A DNA stretch of 64,000 nt from Bacillota bacterium (GTDB lineage: Bacteria; Bacillota; Sulfobacillia; JAJZYS01; JAJYTV01). The notes beneath the pieces are model-generated. The model had not been told where the DNA came from. It saw only the letters and a list, made by a program, of their open reading frames with translations, and made no database searches. The stretch spans positions 11,972 to 75,971 of the forward strand of contig JAJZAT010000008.1 in the NCBI GenBank assembly GCA_021799275.1, in the 5' to 3' direction. Shown here piece by piece: positions 1-9,746 of this stretch. Within the stretch, counting starts at the first letter, position 1; the number at the start of each line of letters is the position of its first letter. A program made the translations under genes and the position numbers.

Positions 1-42
1 GTCCCTTTGCATACCCGGAGATCCTAAAGGGAGGCGTGCGCG

Positions 43-1119
43 ATGGCGGAGGAGCTCCTCGTCACGGCAGGGGCAGGGCAGACGCGGCAGGTGGTCGTGG
101 GCTCGTTTGCGCGCTTCGGCGCCGCGACGCCGGTCATGATCGCGGGGCCATGCTCTGTGGAGTCGGAGCGGCAGATCCATGAGACGGCCGACGCGGTGGC
201 GGCGGCAGGCGCACACGTGTTGCGGGGCGGCGCCTTCAAGCCGCGCACGTCGCCCTACGCGTTCCAGGGGCTCGGGGCCGAAGGGCTTCGCTACCTGCGG
301 TCCGCCGGCAGGGCCGCCGGGCTCCCTGTGGTCACCGAGGTGCTCGACGCCCAGGATGTCGCGCTCGTCGCCGAACACGCAGACATGTTGCAGATCGGCG
401 CGCGCAGCATGCAGAACTTCGCCCTGTTACGCGCGGCCGGGCGAAGTGGCCGTCCGGTCCTCCTGAAGCGCGCGGCCGGCGCGACGGTCGAGGAGTGGAT
501 CCATGCGGCCGAATACATCCTGGCCGAAGGCAACGACCAGGTCGTGCTTTGCGAGCGGGGCATCCGCAGCTTCGAGCCGTGCACCCGCGCCACGCTCGAC
601 CTGGCTGGCGCGGCCGCCGCGCGCCAACGCACCTCCTTGCCGGTGATCGCGGACCCCTCCCATGCCACTGGACGGCGCGACCTCGTCGCGCCGATGGCCC
701 GCGCCGCCATCGGGGCCGGACTCGACGGCGTCATCGTCGAGGTGCACCCGGATCCCGACCGCTCGGTGAGCGACGCCGCCCAGACCATTTCCACCGAGGA
801 CTTTGCGCGGCTGATGCTGAGCCTCCACCTGCCGCCCCGCAGTTCGGATCTCGTCCATCTGCGCGACGCCGTGGACTCCCTCGATGAAGCGATCTTCGGA
901 CTGATCGCGCAGCGCATGGCGCTCTCGTCCCATATCGGCGACCTGAAGCGCAGGCACGGTATGCCGGTGCACCAACCCGCACGCGAAGAGGACATTCTGC
1001 GCCGCCTGGCCGGGCGCGGGCAGGATCACCTGACACCAGCCGCCGTGACCGCCATCTGGACCGCAATCCTGGCCGCGTCCAGGGCGCGGCAGGGGCACGC
1101 GGCACGGGAGTCGAGGTGA
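43..1119 (+). CDS. aroF: Bifunctional type I-beta DAHP synthase with C-terminal AroQ chorismate mutase
   Basis: [36 protein letters not shown] motifs; C-terminal LRDAVDSLD...R...IGDLK...REE...SRARQ AroQ pattern; SD GGGAGG. Confidence 0.93.
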   Translation: MAEELLVTAGAGQTRQVVVGSFARFGAATPVMIAGPCSVESERQIHETADAVAAAGAHVLRGGAFKPRTSPYAFQGLGAEGLRYLRSAGRAAGLPVVTEVLDAQDVALVAEHADMLQIGARSMQNFALLRAAGRSGRPVLLKRAAGATVEEWIHAAEYILAEGNDQVVLCERGIRSFEPCTRATLDLAGAAAARQRTSLPVIADPSHATGRRDLVAPMARAAIGAGLDGVIVEVHPDPDRSVSDAAQTISTEDFARLMLSLHLPPRSSDLVHLRDAVDSLDEAIFGLIAQRMALSSHIGDLKRRHGMPVHQPAREEDILRRLAGRGQDHLTPAAVTAIWTAILAASRARQGHAARESR

Positions 1120-1934
1120 CGTTTCCCGCCCGCGTGGCGATTCAGGGCGAACGCGGCGCCTACAGCGAGCAGGCGGCGCTCGCGCTCTACGGGCCAGAAC
1201 CGGGCATCGTCCCCTGCCGCACCCTCCAGGACGTCTTCGCGGCCCTCACGACCGGCGAGGCGGACGCCGCGGCCGTCCCCGTGGAGAACTCCCGGGCCGG
1301 CACGATCGTCGAAACGTACGATCTTCTCCTGGCCCACCGCCTTGCGGTGACCGGCGAGTACCGTCTGCGTGTCCGCCACTGTCTCCTCGGCCTTCAGGGC
1401 TCGCGGCTCGACGAGATCCGCAGGGCCTACTCCCACCCGCAGGCGCTCGCCCAGTGCCGGACCTTCCTGGACCGTCATGCCATAACGGCCGAGAGCGCCT
1501 ACGACACGGCCGGCAGCGCACAGAACCTCGCGCGCCTTGGCGACCCCCGCGTCGCCGCCATCGCCTCGCGACGAGCGGCCGAGCTCTTCGGCCTCGCCGT
1601 TCTGGCGGAGGGCATCGAGGATCGCGACGACAACGTGACGCGCTTTCTCGCCGTCGGCCTGCCGCCCACCCTGGCCCAGGGCCCGGGACGATCCCTCGTG
1701 GCGTTCACCGTGCCGAACGAGCCCGGTTCCCTCCACCGCTGCCTGGAGCCGTTCGCGCGGCACGGCTGCAACCTCTCCAAGCTGGAGTCGCGTCCGGACC
1801 AGGAGAGCCCGTTCGCGTACGTCTTCTATCTTGATGTCGATCGCCACGCGGAAGACCCCGCGCTGGCGGACGCCCTCAGGGAACTCTCCGCCGTGGCGAG
1901 CTCCGTCCGGATCCTAGGCAGCTTCGGGCGCTAG
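1116..1934 (+). CDS. pheA: Prephenate dehydratase with ACT domain
   Basis: [33 protein letters not shown] motifs; GTGA overlap with upstream gene. Confidence 0.95.
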   Translation: MTFPARVAIQGERGAYSEQAALALYGPEPGIVPCRTLQDVFAALTTGEADAAAVPVENSRAGTIVETYDLLLAHRLAVTGEYRLRVRHCLLGLQGSRLDEIRRAYSHPQALAQCRTFLDRHAITAESAYDTAGSAQNLARLGDPRVAAIASRRAAELFGLAVLAEGIEDRDDNVTRFLAVGLPPTLAQGPGRSLVAFTVPNEPGSLHRCLEPFARHGCNLSKLESRPDQESPFAYVFYLDVDRHAEDPALADALRELSAVASSVRILGSFGR

Positions 1935-1945
1935 GTCGCCCCACC

Positions 1946-1974
1946 TTGCCAAATTCCTACCCGCACGGTATATT
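1946..1974 (+). promoter_or_regulatory. SigA-type promoter of the RRM gene
   Basis: TTGCCA-N17-TATATT. Confidence 0.6.
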
Positions 1975-2075
1975 GAGCCTGTCGCTTTAGGAGTTGGTAT
2001 GGATCCACGGCCGTACACGATGCCATGTCTCCGTGCACTTCCTGGCGAATACGGTTTCGAAAGGAGTGCAGAGAC

Positions 2076-2342
2076 GTGCAGAAGACGATCTACGTCGGCA
2101 ACCTGCCCTGGTCCGTCACCAGTGAGGACCTGCAGCAGGCGGTGTCACAGTATGCCGAAGTCCTGGCAGCGCGCATCGCGACTGACCGGGAGACCGGCCG
2201 TTCGCGTGGGTTCGGCTTCGTGGAGGTTCCCGCCGACAAGGCGGAAGCCGTCATCGAGGCGCTGAACGGCGCAGACTGGCAGGGTCGGCAGCTTACCGTG
2301 AACGAGGCGCGCCCCCGCGAGGAGCGGCCCCGCCGGTACTAG
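2076..2342 (+). CDS. Single-RRM RNA-binding protein
   Basis: RNP2 IYVGNL and RNP1 RGFGFVE, VNEARPR end; GTG start after AAGGAG. Confidence 0.95.
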   Translation: MQKTIYVGNLPWSVTSEDLQQAVSQYAEVLAARIATDRETGRSRGFGFVEVPADKAEAVIEALNGADWQGRQLTVNEARPREERPRRY

Positions 2343-2353
2343 CCGCTGTTCGC

Positions 2354-2387
2354 GAGGGGCCCGGCATAAGCCGGGCCCTTCCTCTTT
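2354..2387 (+). terminator. Intrinsic terminator
   Basis: GGGCCCGGC-ATAA-GCCGGGCCC followed by a pyrimidine/T tract. Confidence 0.7.
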
Positions 2388-2462
2388 GCTGCGCGGCGGT
2401 GCCGCGCTCGCCGCGGGGCGCTACAATTTAGATGCGGAGCCTGAACCTGAGGGGGTGCGCCT

Positions 2463-3941
2463 GTGCCGGAGTGCCTGCTCGCGATCGACCAGGGCACGCA
2501 CGCCTCACGCGCCGTGATCTTCACCCTGCAGGGCAAGACCTTGGCCAGTCGGGTCGTGGCGATCGGGACGAACTGCCCGCAACCAGGCTGGGTGGAACAG
2601 GACCCCGAGGAGATCTTCCAGAGTTCGCTGCGGGCCGCGCGCGAGGCCATGCGGGCAGCCAGGCTGGACGCACGCGACATCGGCGCGGTCGGCATCACCA
2701 ATCAACGCGAGACGCTCGTCGTCTGGGACCGCGAGACCGGGCAGGCCGTGGCTCCCGCCATCGTCTGGCAGGATCGGCGCGGGCAGGCGATCTGTCAGGA
2801 ACTCGCAGACGCCGCCGGTGAGCTCGGCGAGCGCACCGGGTTGCGCCTCGACCCGTACTTCACCGCGAGCAAGCTCGGCTGGCTTTTGCGTGCGCGGACT
2901 GAGCTGCGCGACGCGGCTGCCCGCGGCAGGCTGCAGGCGGGCACCGTCGACAGCTGGCTGATCTACCGCCTGTCGGGCGGCAAGGTGTGGGCGACCGAAC
3001 CGAGCAATGCGAGTCGCACGCTGCTCTATGACCTCAGTCTGGGCGCGTTCAGCGAGGACCTCGCGCAGGTCTTCTCGCTGCCAGGTCGTCTCATGCCGCC
3101 GGTGCTGCCCTCGGCCCACCGCTTCGGCGAAACCGAACCGGCCCTGTTCGGACGTCCACTCCCCTTGACGGGCGCCCTCGGAGACCAGCAGGCGGCCTTG
3201 CTCGGGCAAGGCTGTCTCGCGGCAGGAGACGCCAAGGATACGTTCGGCACGGGTGCCTTCTTGCTGGCATGCACGGGAGAGCGCCCGCGCCGCTCCGCTC
3301 ACGGCCTGCTCACGACGGTCGCCTGGGACTTCGGCCGAGGCCCGACCTATGCGCTCGAGGGCAGCGTCTTCATGGCCGGCGCCCTGATCGATTGGCTCAT
3401 AGACCTCGGGGTCGCCGCCTCTCCCGCCGAGCTCGACCGCCTGGCCCTGGCCGCGGATCCATCGCACGGCACCCTGATCATGCCCGCCCATCAGGGCTTG
3501 GGCGCGCCCTGGTGGGAGCCCGAAATGCGCGGTGCCATCTGGGGCCTTACGCGCTCGAGCGGGCGCGCAGCCCTGGCCCGGGCCGCCTTCGAGGCGATCG
3601 CGCAGCAGGCGGCGGATCTCACGGACGCCATGCGGGATGACCTTGGTGCGCCGCTCAGGGAACTGCGCATCGACGGCGGGGTTGCACGCAGCGCCCTGTT
3701 GCCGCAACTGCTCGCCGACCTTTGCGGCCTGCCGGTGCTGCGCAGTCTGGACCACGAGGCCACGGCGCGGGGCGCCGCCATGGTGGCGGGCCTGGGCGCC
3801 GGCCTCCTCGGCAGGGACGACCTGCCGGGCTTCGCCGGCGAACGCGAGCGGTTTGCGCCCGGCGCCCCGGCCGACCGTCGGGAACGTGACCGCCAGCGCT
3901 GGCGGCAGGCCGTCGCCGAGGCACGAGGGCTGCGCTCGTGA
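2463..3941 (+). CDS. glpK: Glycerol kinase
   Basis: AIDQGT, GITNQRET, IVWQDRR, SNASRT, GDQQAAL, YALEGS motifs; glpD follows. Confidence 0.93.
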   Translation: MPECLLAIDQGTHASRAVIFTLQGKTLASRVVAIGTNCPQPGWVEQDPEEIFQSSLRAAREAMRAARLDARDIGAVGITNQRETLVVWDRETGQAVAPAIVWQDRRGQAICQELADAAGELGERTGLRLDPYFTASKLGWLLRARTELRDAAARGRLQAGTVDSWLIYRLSGGKVWATEPSNASRTLLYDLSLGAFSEDLAQVFSLPGRLMPPVLPSAHRFGETEPALFGRPLPLTGALGDQQAALLGQGCLAAGDAKDTFGTGAFLLACTGERPRRSAHGLLTTVAWDFGRGPTYALEGSVFMAGALIDWLIDLGVAASPAELDRLALAADPSHGTLIMPAHQGLGAPWWEPEMRGAIWGLTRSSGRAALARAAFEAIAQQAADLTDAMRDDLGAPLRELRIDGGVARSALLPQLLADLCGLPVLRSLDHEATARGAAMVAGLGAGLLGRDDLPGFAGERERFAPGAPADRRERDRQRWRQAVAEARGLRS

Positions 3942-5566
3942 CGGCGCCGCTGCGCGAGCACGCTCTGCGGCGAGCCCAGAGCGAGATCTTCGACCTCGCC
4001 ATCGTCGGCGGCGGCATCACCGGCGCTGGCGTGGCACGCGAGGCCAGCCTGCGCGGGCTCACGGCCTTTCTCTGCGAAGCGAGGGACTTCGCCTCGGGGA
4101 CGTCGAGCCGCTCGACCCGCCTGATCCACGGCGGGCTGCGCTACTTGCGACTCGGCGACGTGCGTCTGGTGCGCGAATCCCTCCAGGAACGCGAACTCTT
4201 GCGCCACGTCATGGCGCCACACCTCGTCCAGGGCCTCCCCTTCTACTTCCCGATCTACCGAGGCGACCCCGACCCCTTGTGGCTCGTGCGCACCGGTGTC
4301 GCCCTCTACGGCCGTCTGAGCGGAGCCGCCCGGGAGGACCTCGAGCTGCGTCTTGCGCCGCACGATCTCCTTGAGGCCATGCCGCTCCTGCGCCGTGACG
4401 GCCTTCGGGGCGGCGCCCGCTACCTCGATGCGCGCACCGACGACGCGAGGCTCACCCTGAGCGTGCTGCGCGACGCGTCCGCCCGGGGCGCCGTGCTGCT
4501 GAACTACGCCCCTGTGCGCGCCTTCGCGAGGGAGGGCGACCTCCACTGCCTGACCTGCCGCGACGAGGAGAGCGGTGAGACGTTCGCCGTGCGCGCCAGA
4601 AGGCTGCTGCTCGCCGCGGGGCCATGGACGGACGAGGTGCTCGGGCTGCTCGAGGACGGCCAGGTGCCGCTCGTCCGGTGCAGCGCGGGCACGCACCTGG
4701 CTCTGCGCAGCGGGCGCCTGCCCCTTGACGCGGCGTGGGTCATGCGGGGACCCGACGGCCGCATGATGTTCGCGGTGCCGTACGGAACCGAGTCCTACAT
4801 CGGCACGACCGACGTCCTCACGGAGGAACCGGACGGCTCGACCGTACCCGCCGTGGAGGCCGAGTACATCCTTGCGGCCGCCGACCGCACCTTCCCGGAG
4901 GCGCATCTCGCTGAGCACGACGTGATCGGCGCCTGGCGCGGCGTACGCCCGCTGGCGCGGCCTGGCCGCAGCCGCAGCGCGAGCCGGGTGTCGCGCGAGG
5001 ACCGCCTTGTGGAGGTGCGCGAAGGCATGCACGTCGTGGTCGGCGGGAAGCTCACCGCCTTCCGCGCGATGGCCGAACGCATCCTGGATCGCATCTACCC
5101 AGGGTCGCAGAGCGCCGGCGCCGCCGCGGCGAGCAGGTCGCCGCTGCCGGGAGCGCAGGGAGAGGCGATAACCGAGGACAGCTGGCGCCAGGCCGCGCGC
5201 CGCGCGGGTGTCCGCGCGGCGGACCTGCGAGCACGCCTCGGCCCCTATGGCGACGAAGCGGCCACGGTCCTGCAGATGGGCGTCGGCCCCGGCAACCTTC
5301 GCTTCAGCCTCGATCGCGCCATCCTGCGCTTTGCCGTGGCGGAAGAGTTCGCCCTGCACCTCGTGGACGTCTATCGCCGCCGCACCGATCGCCTGCTCTT
5401 CGGCGGCGACTTCGCCCTGCAGCATCTCAAGGCCGATGCCGACGAGATGGGGCGCCTGCTCGGGTGGTCCGAGGTCCGGCGCGAGGCGGAGGTCCAGGCG
5501 GTGCGCCGGCTCGAGGCCGAGATGCTCTCATGGCGCGCCCCGCACTCTGATGAGATTCTCAGATGA
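3938..5566 (+). CDS. glpD: FAD-dependent glycerol-3-phosphate dehydrogenase
   Basis: GGGITG, DFASGTSSRSTRLIHGGLRYL, TDDARL, GGKLT motifs. Confidence 0.92.
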   Translation: MTAPLREHALRRAQSEIFDLAIVGGGITGAGVAREASLRGLTAFLCEARDFASGTSSRSTRLIHGGLRYLRLGDVRLVRESLQERELLRHVMAPHLVQGLPFYFPIYRGDPDPLWLVRTGVALYGRLSGAAREDLELRLAPHDLLEAMPLLRRDGLRGGARYLDARTDDARLTLSVLRDASARGAVLLNYAPVRAFAREGDLHCLTCRDEESGETFAVRARRLLLAAGPWTDEVLGLLEDGQVPLVRCSAGTHLALRSGRLPLDAAWVMRGPDGRMMFAVPYGTESYIGTTDVLTEEPDGSTVPAVEAEYILAAADRTFPEAHLAEHDVIGAWRGVRPLARPGRSRSASRVSREDRLVEVREGMHVVVGGKLTAFRAMAERILDRIYPGSQSAGAAAASRSPLPGAQGEAITEDSWRQAARRAGVRAADLRARLGPYGDEAATVLQMGVGPGNLRFSLDRAILRFAVAEEFALHLVDVYRRRTDRLLFGGDFALQHLKADADEMGRLLGWSEVRREAEVQAVRRLEAEMLSWRAPHSDEILR

Positions 5567-5642
5567 GCTTCAGACTGCCTTTAAGTTGAGGGCCTATGCT
5601 TGGCTCAGTTCGAGGGCAACTGAGCTACCGAGGTGAGTGAAC

Positions 5643-5759
5643 TTGCGAGCGATCCGGCGATCGTATGTCCTGCAAAATGCCTTGCTGCTGACGTTTCTCT
5701 TGGTGCTCGGCGTCTCCGGCGTCCTCCTGATGCTGGGTCGACCGCTGCACCTCAGTTAA
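5643..5759 (+). CDS. Putative 38-aa single-pass membrane microprotein (below the ORF-track cutoff)
   Basis: TTG start after GAGGTGA; MRAIRRSYVLQNALLLTFLLVLGVSGVLLMLGRPLHLS*; basic N-terminus plus hydrophobic helix; hairpin downstream. Confidence 0.6.
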   Translation: MRAIRRSYVLQNALLLTFLLVLGVSGVLLMLGRPLHLS

Positions 5760-5793
5760 GAGACGCCTCTGCGTATACGCCCGTCATGACGAA

Positions 5794-5822
5794 GGCCGCC
5801 GATCCCCTCGGGGACGGCGGCC
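5794..5822. terminator. Hairpin between convergent genes
   Basis: GGCCGCCG-ATCCCCTCGGGGA-CGGCGGCC. Confidence 0.6.
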
Positions 5823-5838
5823 GTGCTTCCATGTGCCT

Positions 5839-6927
5839 TCAGGGGCCAACGCGGCGCGGATCGTACGGCACGATGACCGGCTCTGGCTGCAGCTGCACCC
5901 CGAATCGCTCCCAGACACCGCGGCGGATCTCCCCGGCGAGGGCGAGCAGGGCCCTGGTGCTGCCGTCCCGGTTCACAAGGGCCAGCGCATGGCGCTGCGA
6001 AATGCCGACACCGCCCTGGCGCTGGCCGCGGTGGAACCCGGCGGCGCCGATCAGCCAGGCCGCCGACACCTTGACGCCGTCCGGCGCCGGATAGACCGGG
6101 GCCGCGTCGGCCATGGGGCCCAGTCGCTCGCGCAAGGCGGCGAAGGCCTGCAAAGACAGCACAGGGTTGAGGAAGAACGATCCCACCGAGCGGGCGTTCT
6201 CGTCCTCCGGGTCACGCAGCATCGACTTGCCCCGGCGGAGCTCGAGCACGATGCGCCGCACCGCCGTCAGGGCCTCGACCGGCGCCAGCCTGTCGATCCC
6301 GAGGTTCGCCGCGCGCTCCGCAACCTCCCTGTAGCCGAGGTGCGGGGACGCGTCCGGCGACAGGCGAAGGGCGACGCTGAGAATCACGAAGCGGTCGCGG
6401 TCCGCACCCTTGAAGCGGCTCTGGCGATAGCCGAAGCCGCACTCCTCACCTTTGAGCTGGCGCACCTTTCCGGTCTCCCGCTCGAAAGCGCGCACCCAGA
6501 GCAGGCGCTCCGCGACTTCCTGGCCATAGGCGCCGACATTCTGGACCGGTGTCGCCCCGACGCTGCCGGGGATGCCGGAGAGGCACTCGATGCCGCCAAG
6601 CCCTCGCGCTGTGGCCGCCGCCACCAGGTCGTCCCACTCCGTGCCTGCCCTGGCCACGCAGACGACGTCGCCGCTTCTCTCCCTGAAGGTGAAGCCGCGC
6701 GCGGCCACCTGAAGCACGACCCCCGCGAACCCTTCGTCCGCGAAGACCGTGTTGCTGCCTCCACCCAGCAGCTGCACCGGCAGACCCTGGCCGTCCGACC
6801 AGACCAAGGCCTCGGCAAGCTCCGCCACGGTACGGACGGCGGCAAAGTAACGGGCGGGACCCCCGAGATGGATCGTCGTCAGAGGCGCGAGCGGTACCTG
6901 CTCGCGCAGCGTCTGCAATGCTTTCAT
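5839..6927 (-). CDS. murB: UDP-N-acetylenolpyruvoylglucosamine reductase
   Basis: LGGGSN, GIPGSVGATPVQNVGAYG, FGYRQSRFK, GSFFLNP, HALALVN, LQPEP. Confidence 0.96.
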   Translation of the reverse strand: MKALQTLREQVPLAPLTTIHLGGPARYFAAVRTVAELAEALVWSDGQGLPVQLLGGGSNTVFADEGFAGVVLQVAARGFTFRERSGDVVCVARAGTEWDDLVAAATARGLGGIECLSGIPGSVGATPVQNVGAYGQEVAERLLWVRAFERETGKVRQLKGEECGFGYRQSRFKGADRDRFVILSVALRLSPDASPHLGYREVAERAANLGIDRLAPVEALTAVRRIVLELRRGKSMLRDPEDENARSVGSFFLNPVLSLQAFAALRERLGPMADAAPVYPAPDGVKVSAAWLIGAAGFHRGQRQGGVGISQRHALALVNRDGSTRALLALAGEIRRGVWERFGVQLQPEPVIVPYDPRRVGP

Positions 6928-6966
6928 GTCCTGTCCCCCATCGCCGAACAGCCCAAACGCCTTCCC

Positions 6967-8364
6967 CTACAGGGTACGGCCAATGTCGTCGGTGGCATCC
7001 AGCAGGTATTCCCCCGTGGCCGGCTGCAGCGCGTAGCGGCCCTTGAACTCGCCCAGACGGATCGCACGGATGGCTTCATGCAACCGGTCGATCTCCTGCT
7101 CCACATTATAGAGGCCAAGGCTCACGCGCACCGCGGCCGGCAGCTCGTCGAGCGCCCCGTCCAGCATGCGGTCCCGCAGACGCTCGACTTCCTGACGGCT
7201 CAGGCCGAGGAGCCGCATCACGTAGGGACTCGCGCAGAAGCACCCGGCGCGCGCGCCGATGCCCCACTCCCAGCCGAGAGCCGCCGCGACGAGCCGCGCC
7301 GGCACGCCGTGGATCTGGAACGCGACGACGCCAAGCCGCTCTTCGCGGCTTGCGCTGCCCAGCACCTCCACGCCCGGGACCTCCTCTATCCTGTCCAGGG
7401 CATAGGCGAGAAGCTGTTCCTCCCGGGCGGCGACGCGGTCCATGCCGATGGCCTGCAAGGTGCGCAGGGCCGCGGCCAGCGCCACGGCGCCGAAGACGTT
7501 CTGCGAACCCGCCTCCTCGCGCGCCGGGGGGTCGTTCCAGAGCACGTCCTCGAGACTGACGAATCGGATCGCCCCGCCCCCTTTGAGATCGGGAGCGCCG
7601 CCACGGAAGAACTCCTTCGGTCCGATCAAGGCACCGATGCCGTACGGAGCGTACAGCTTGTAGCCGCTGAGAGACAGAAAGTCGATCGATCGCGGGTCGC
7701 CTGCGTCGCCCATGTCGATCGTCCGGTGACCCGCAAGCTGCGCCGCGTCGACGAAGATCCTGGCGCCGTAGCGGTGCGCGATCTCGGCGGCCAGGTACAC
7801 GTCGCTCACATAGCCCGTGACGTTCGAAGCCCCCGCGAGCGCCACCAGCCGCACATGTCCGCGGTGGCGCTCCAGGAGCTTCGGCAGGGCGTCCACTTCC
7901 AACCGGCCCTCGACGTCCACCGGCAGGTACACGATCTTCGCCCGGCCGCGCCATGGCAAAAGGTTCGCATGATGTTCCATCTCGCTGAGCACGACGACAT
8001 CGCCCACCGCGAAGGGAAACTCGGCCGCAAGCTTGTTCACCGCTTCGGTGGCGCTCTTCGTGAACAGGGCGACGCGCGTCCCGTCCCAGGCGCCGACGAA
8101 CCGCAGCACCTCGGCGCGCGCCTGCTCGTAGAGCTCCAAGGAGCGTCTGGCGCGATATCCCGCGCTGGGATGCGGGCTCCCATACGTCTCCTCCGCCTGC
8201 CGCAGAGCCTCCCGCACACTGTGGAGCATGGGCGTCGTCCCGGCGTTGTCGAGGTTCACGTAGGTGCTGCGATGTCCACCGAGCAGGTCCACCGGCTGCT
8301 CGACGCCGACCACCTGTCGGCGCCACCAGTAGGCTTCCTGGCGAAGCTCCACCTGCCATGTCAT
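6967..8364 (-). CDS. Class V PLP-dependent enzyme (SufS-like cysteine desulfurase family)
   Basis: NLDNAGTT, EHHAN, ASNVTG, DAAQ, SGYKLYAP (PLP Lys), RAGCFCA; ATG after AAGGCGGTGA. Confidence 0.85.
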   Translation of the reverse strand: MTWQVELRQEAYWWRRQVVGVEQPVDLLGGHRSTYVNLDNAGTTPMLHSVREALRQAEETYGSPHPSAGYRARRSLELYEQARAEVLRFVGAWDGTRVALFTKSATEAVNKLAAEFPFAVGDVVVLSEMEHHANLLPWRGRAKIVYLPVDVEGRLEVDALPKLLERHRGHVRLVALAGASNVTGYVSDVYLAAEIAHRYGARIFVDAAQLAGHRTIDMGDAGDPRSIDFLSLSGYKLYAPYGIGALIGPKEFFRGGAPDLKGGGAIRFVSLEDVLWNDPPAREEAGSQNVFGAVALAAALRTLQAIGMDRVAAREEQLLAYALDRIEEVPGVEVLGSASREERLGVVAFQIHGVPARLVAAALGWEWGIGARAGCFCASPYVMRLLGLSRQEVERLRDRMLDGALDELPAAVRVSLGLYNVEQEIDRLHEAIRAIRLGEFKGRYALQPATGEYLLDATDDIGRTL

Positions 8365-8471
8365 CAGGCTCACCGCCTTCGCCGATCCCCACCGTGCGGG
8401 TGTTCGCCCCCAAGCACCGCGATCCTGCCGCCTAGCCAGATTCTGGTGATTCGAGGGGGCCGCGCCACATC

Positions 8472-9698
8472 TCAGACCTCACGGGATGCGCCCGGAGGCA
8501 GGGCGGACGTCTGCAGGCCAAGGCGAGCCGCCGCGAGCGCCACGCCTGCCGCCAGCAGAGAGGTGACCGCCATCGCCAATTCCGGCACCTGCGCGAAGAT
8601 CTGTCCCTCCGCCCATGGCACAAAAAGCGCCGCGACGGCCAGCGACGTGAAGATGAAGAAGAAGGCCTGGCCCTCGCGGCGCGGTGCCTCGCGTCCCGCC
8701 ACGGTGAGCACGATGGGGAACGCCGGTCCCAGGCAGGCACCGGTCAGGGCGGCGCCGACCAGCACGACGAGCGGCAGGTGGCCGAAGGCGACGACAATGC
8801 CGCTCGCGCCCACCGCTGCCGCTCCGCCCACCAACAGGACGCGCTCGAGGCGCAGGAAGGGAAGCCGGGGGCCGATCAGGATCCGAACCACCGTCAGACC
8901 GAACTGATAGGCCGCAGGATAGAGCGAGGCGAGCGCGTCCGGCAGTCCCGAGCGAACGTGGACGAACGCGGCGACCCAGGCCGAGAAGCCGCTCTCGGCC
9001 GCGACATAGAGAAAGACGAGCCATGTCAGGGTGCGGAGCCAGCCAGCCTCGCGCCAGAGTTCGAAGTTGCCGCGCAGTCCCTCCCCGGGCTGCGCCGGCT
9101 CGCCCGGCAGTTCGCCCAGTGCCAGCATGCCGATGGCGCCGACCAGCGCCAGTCCCGCGGCCAGGCCGAAGACCAGCGCCACCGGCATGCCGGTGGCGTT
9201 GAGCAGCCCTACCGTCAGCGGGGCGGAGATGGCACCGACACCGAACCACAGGTTCAGGCGGTTGAACGCCTGCGCCTGCTGACCGCGGTAGAGATCCGAA
9301 ACGAGGCGCGAGCCGCCGACGTCCACGAGCGCAAAGGCCACGCCGGCCACGAACGCCAGCAGGACCCAGGTCGCAAAGCTCGGCACGAGCGGCAGAAGTC
9401 CTGTGGAAACGACGAAGAGCCAGAAACCGAGGAGGAGCACCTTGCGGGTGCCATGGCGGTCGACCAGATGGTTCGCGTAGAAGTAGGTCACCGTGTTCCC
9501 GAGCGACTGCAACGCAAAGAGCAGCGACAACTCGCCGTAGCTCGCCCGCAGCTGGTGGACGAGCTCAGGCAGGGCGGATCCGTATGCGGTTGCCATCAGG
9601 CCGATCACGGCGTAGCCGAGCCAGCTCAGCCGCTCGGCCGTACGCCCCGTCCCATCGCCCAGACTATGCCCTGCCGTATCGCACAGCCCCCTACGCAC
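8472..9698 (-). CDS. MFS transporter (FucP/TsgA-like); start uncertain
   Basis: About 12 hydrophobic segments, DRHGTRK motif A variant, LYVAAE motif. Confidence 0.8.
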   Translation of the reverse strand: MRRGLCDTAGHSLGDGTGRTAERLSWLGYAVIGLMATAYGSALPELVHQLRASYGELSLLFALQSLGNTVTYFYANHLVDRHGTRKVLLLGFWLFVVSTGLLPLVPSFATWVLLAFVAGVAFALVDVGGSRLVSDLYRGQQAQAFNRLNLWFGVGAISAPLTVGLLNATGMPVALVFGLAAGLALVGAIGMLALGELPGEPAQPGEGLRGNFELWREAGWLRTLTWLVFLYVAAESGFSAWVAAFVHVRSGLPDALASLYPAAYQFGLTVVRILIGPRLPFLRLERVLLVGGAAAVGASGIVVAFGHLPLVVLVGAALTGACLGPAFPIVLTVAGREAPRREGQAFFFIFTSLAVAALFVPWAEGQIFAQVPELAMAVTSLLAAGVALAAARLGLQTSALPPGASREV

Positions 9699-9746
9699 GA
9701 CTGCGGCGGCCTGCCGTCGCAGGCCGCCGCAGTCGCGTCGCCTCGC

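Noticed and set aside
5833..8907. Very long ORFs such as 5833-8907, 10687-13902 and 49515-53306
   Set aside because: Antisense or alternate-frame shadows of clearly identified genes; stop codons are rare at this GC content and the translations lack family motifs
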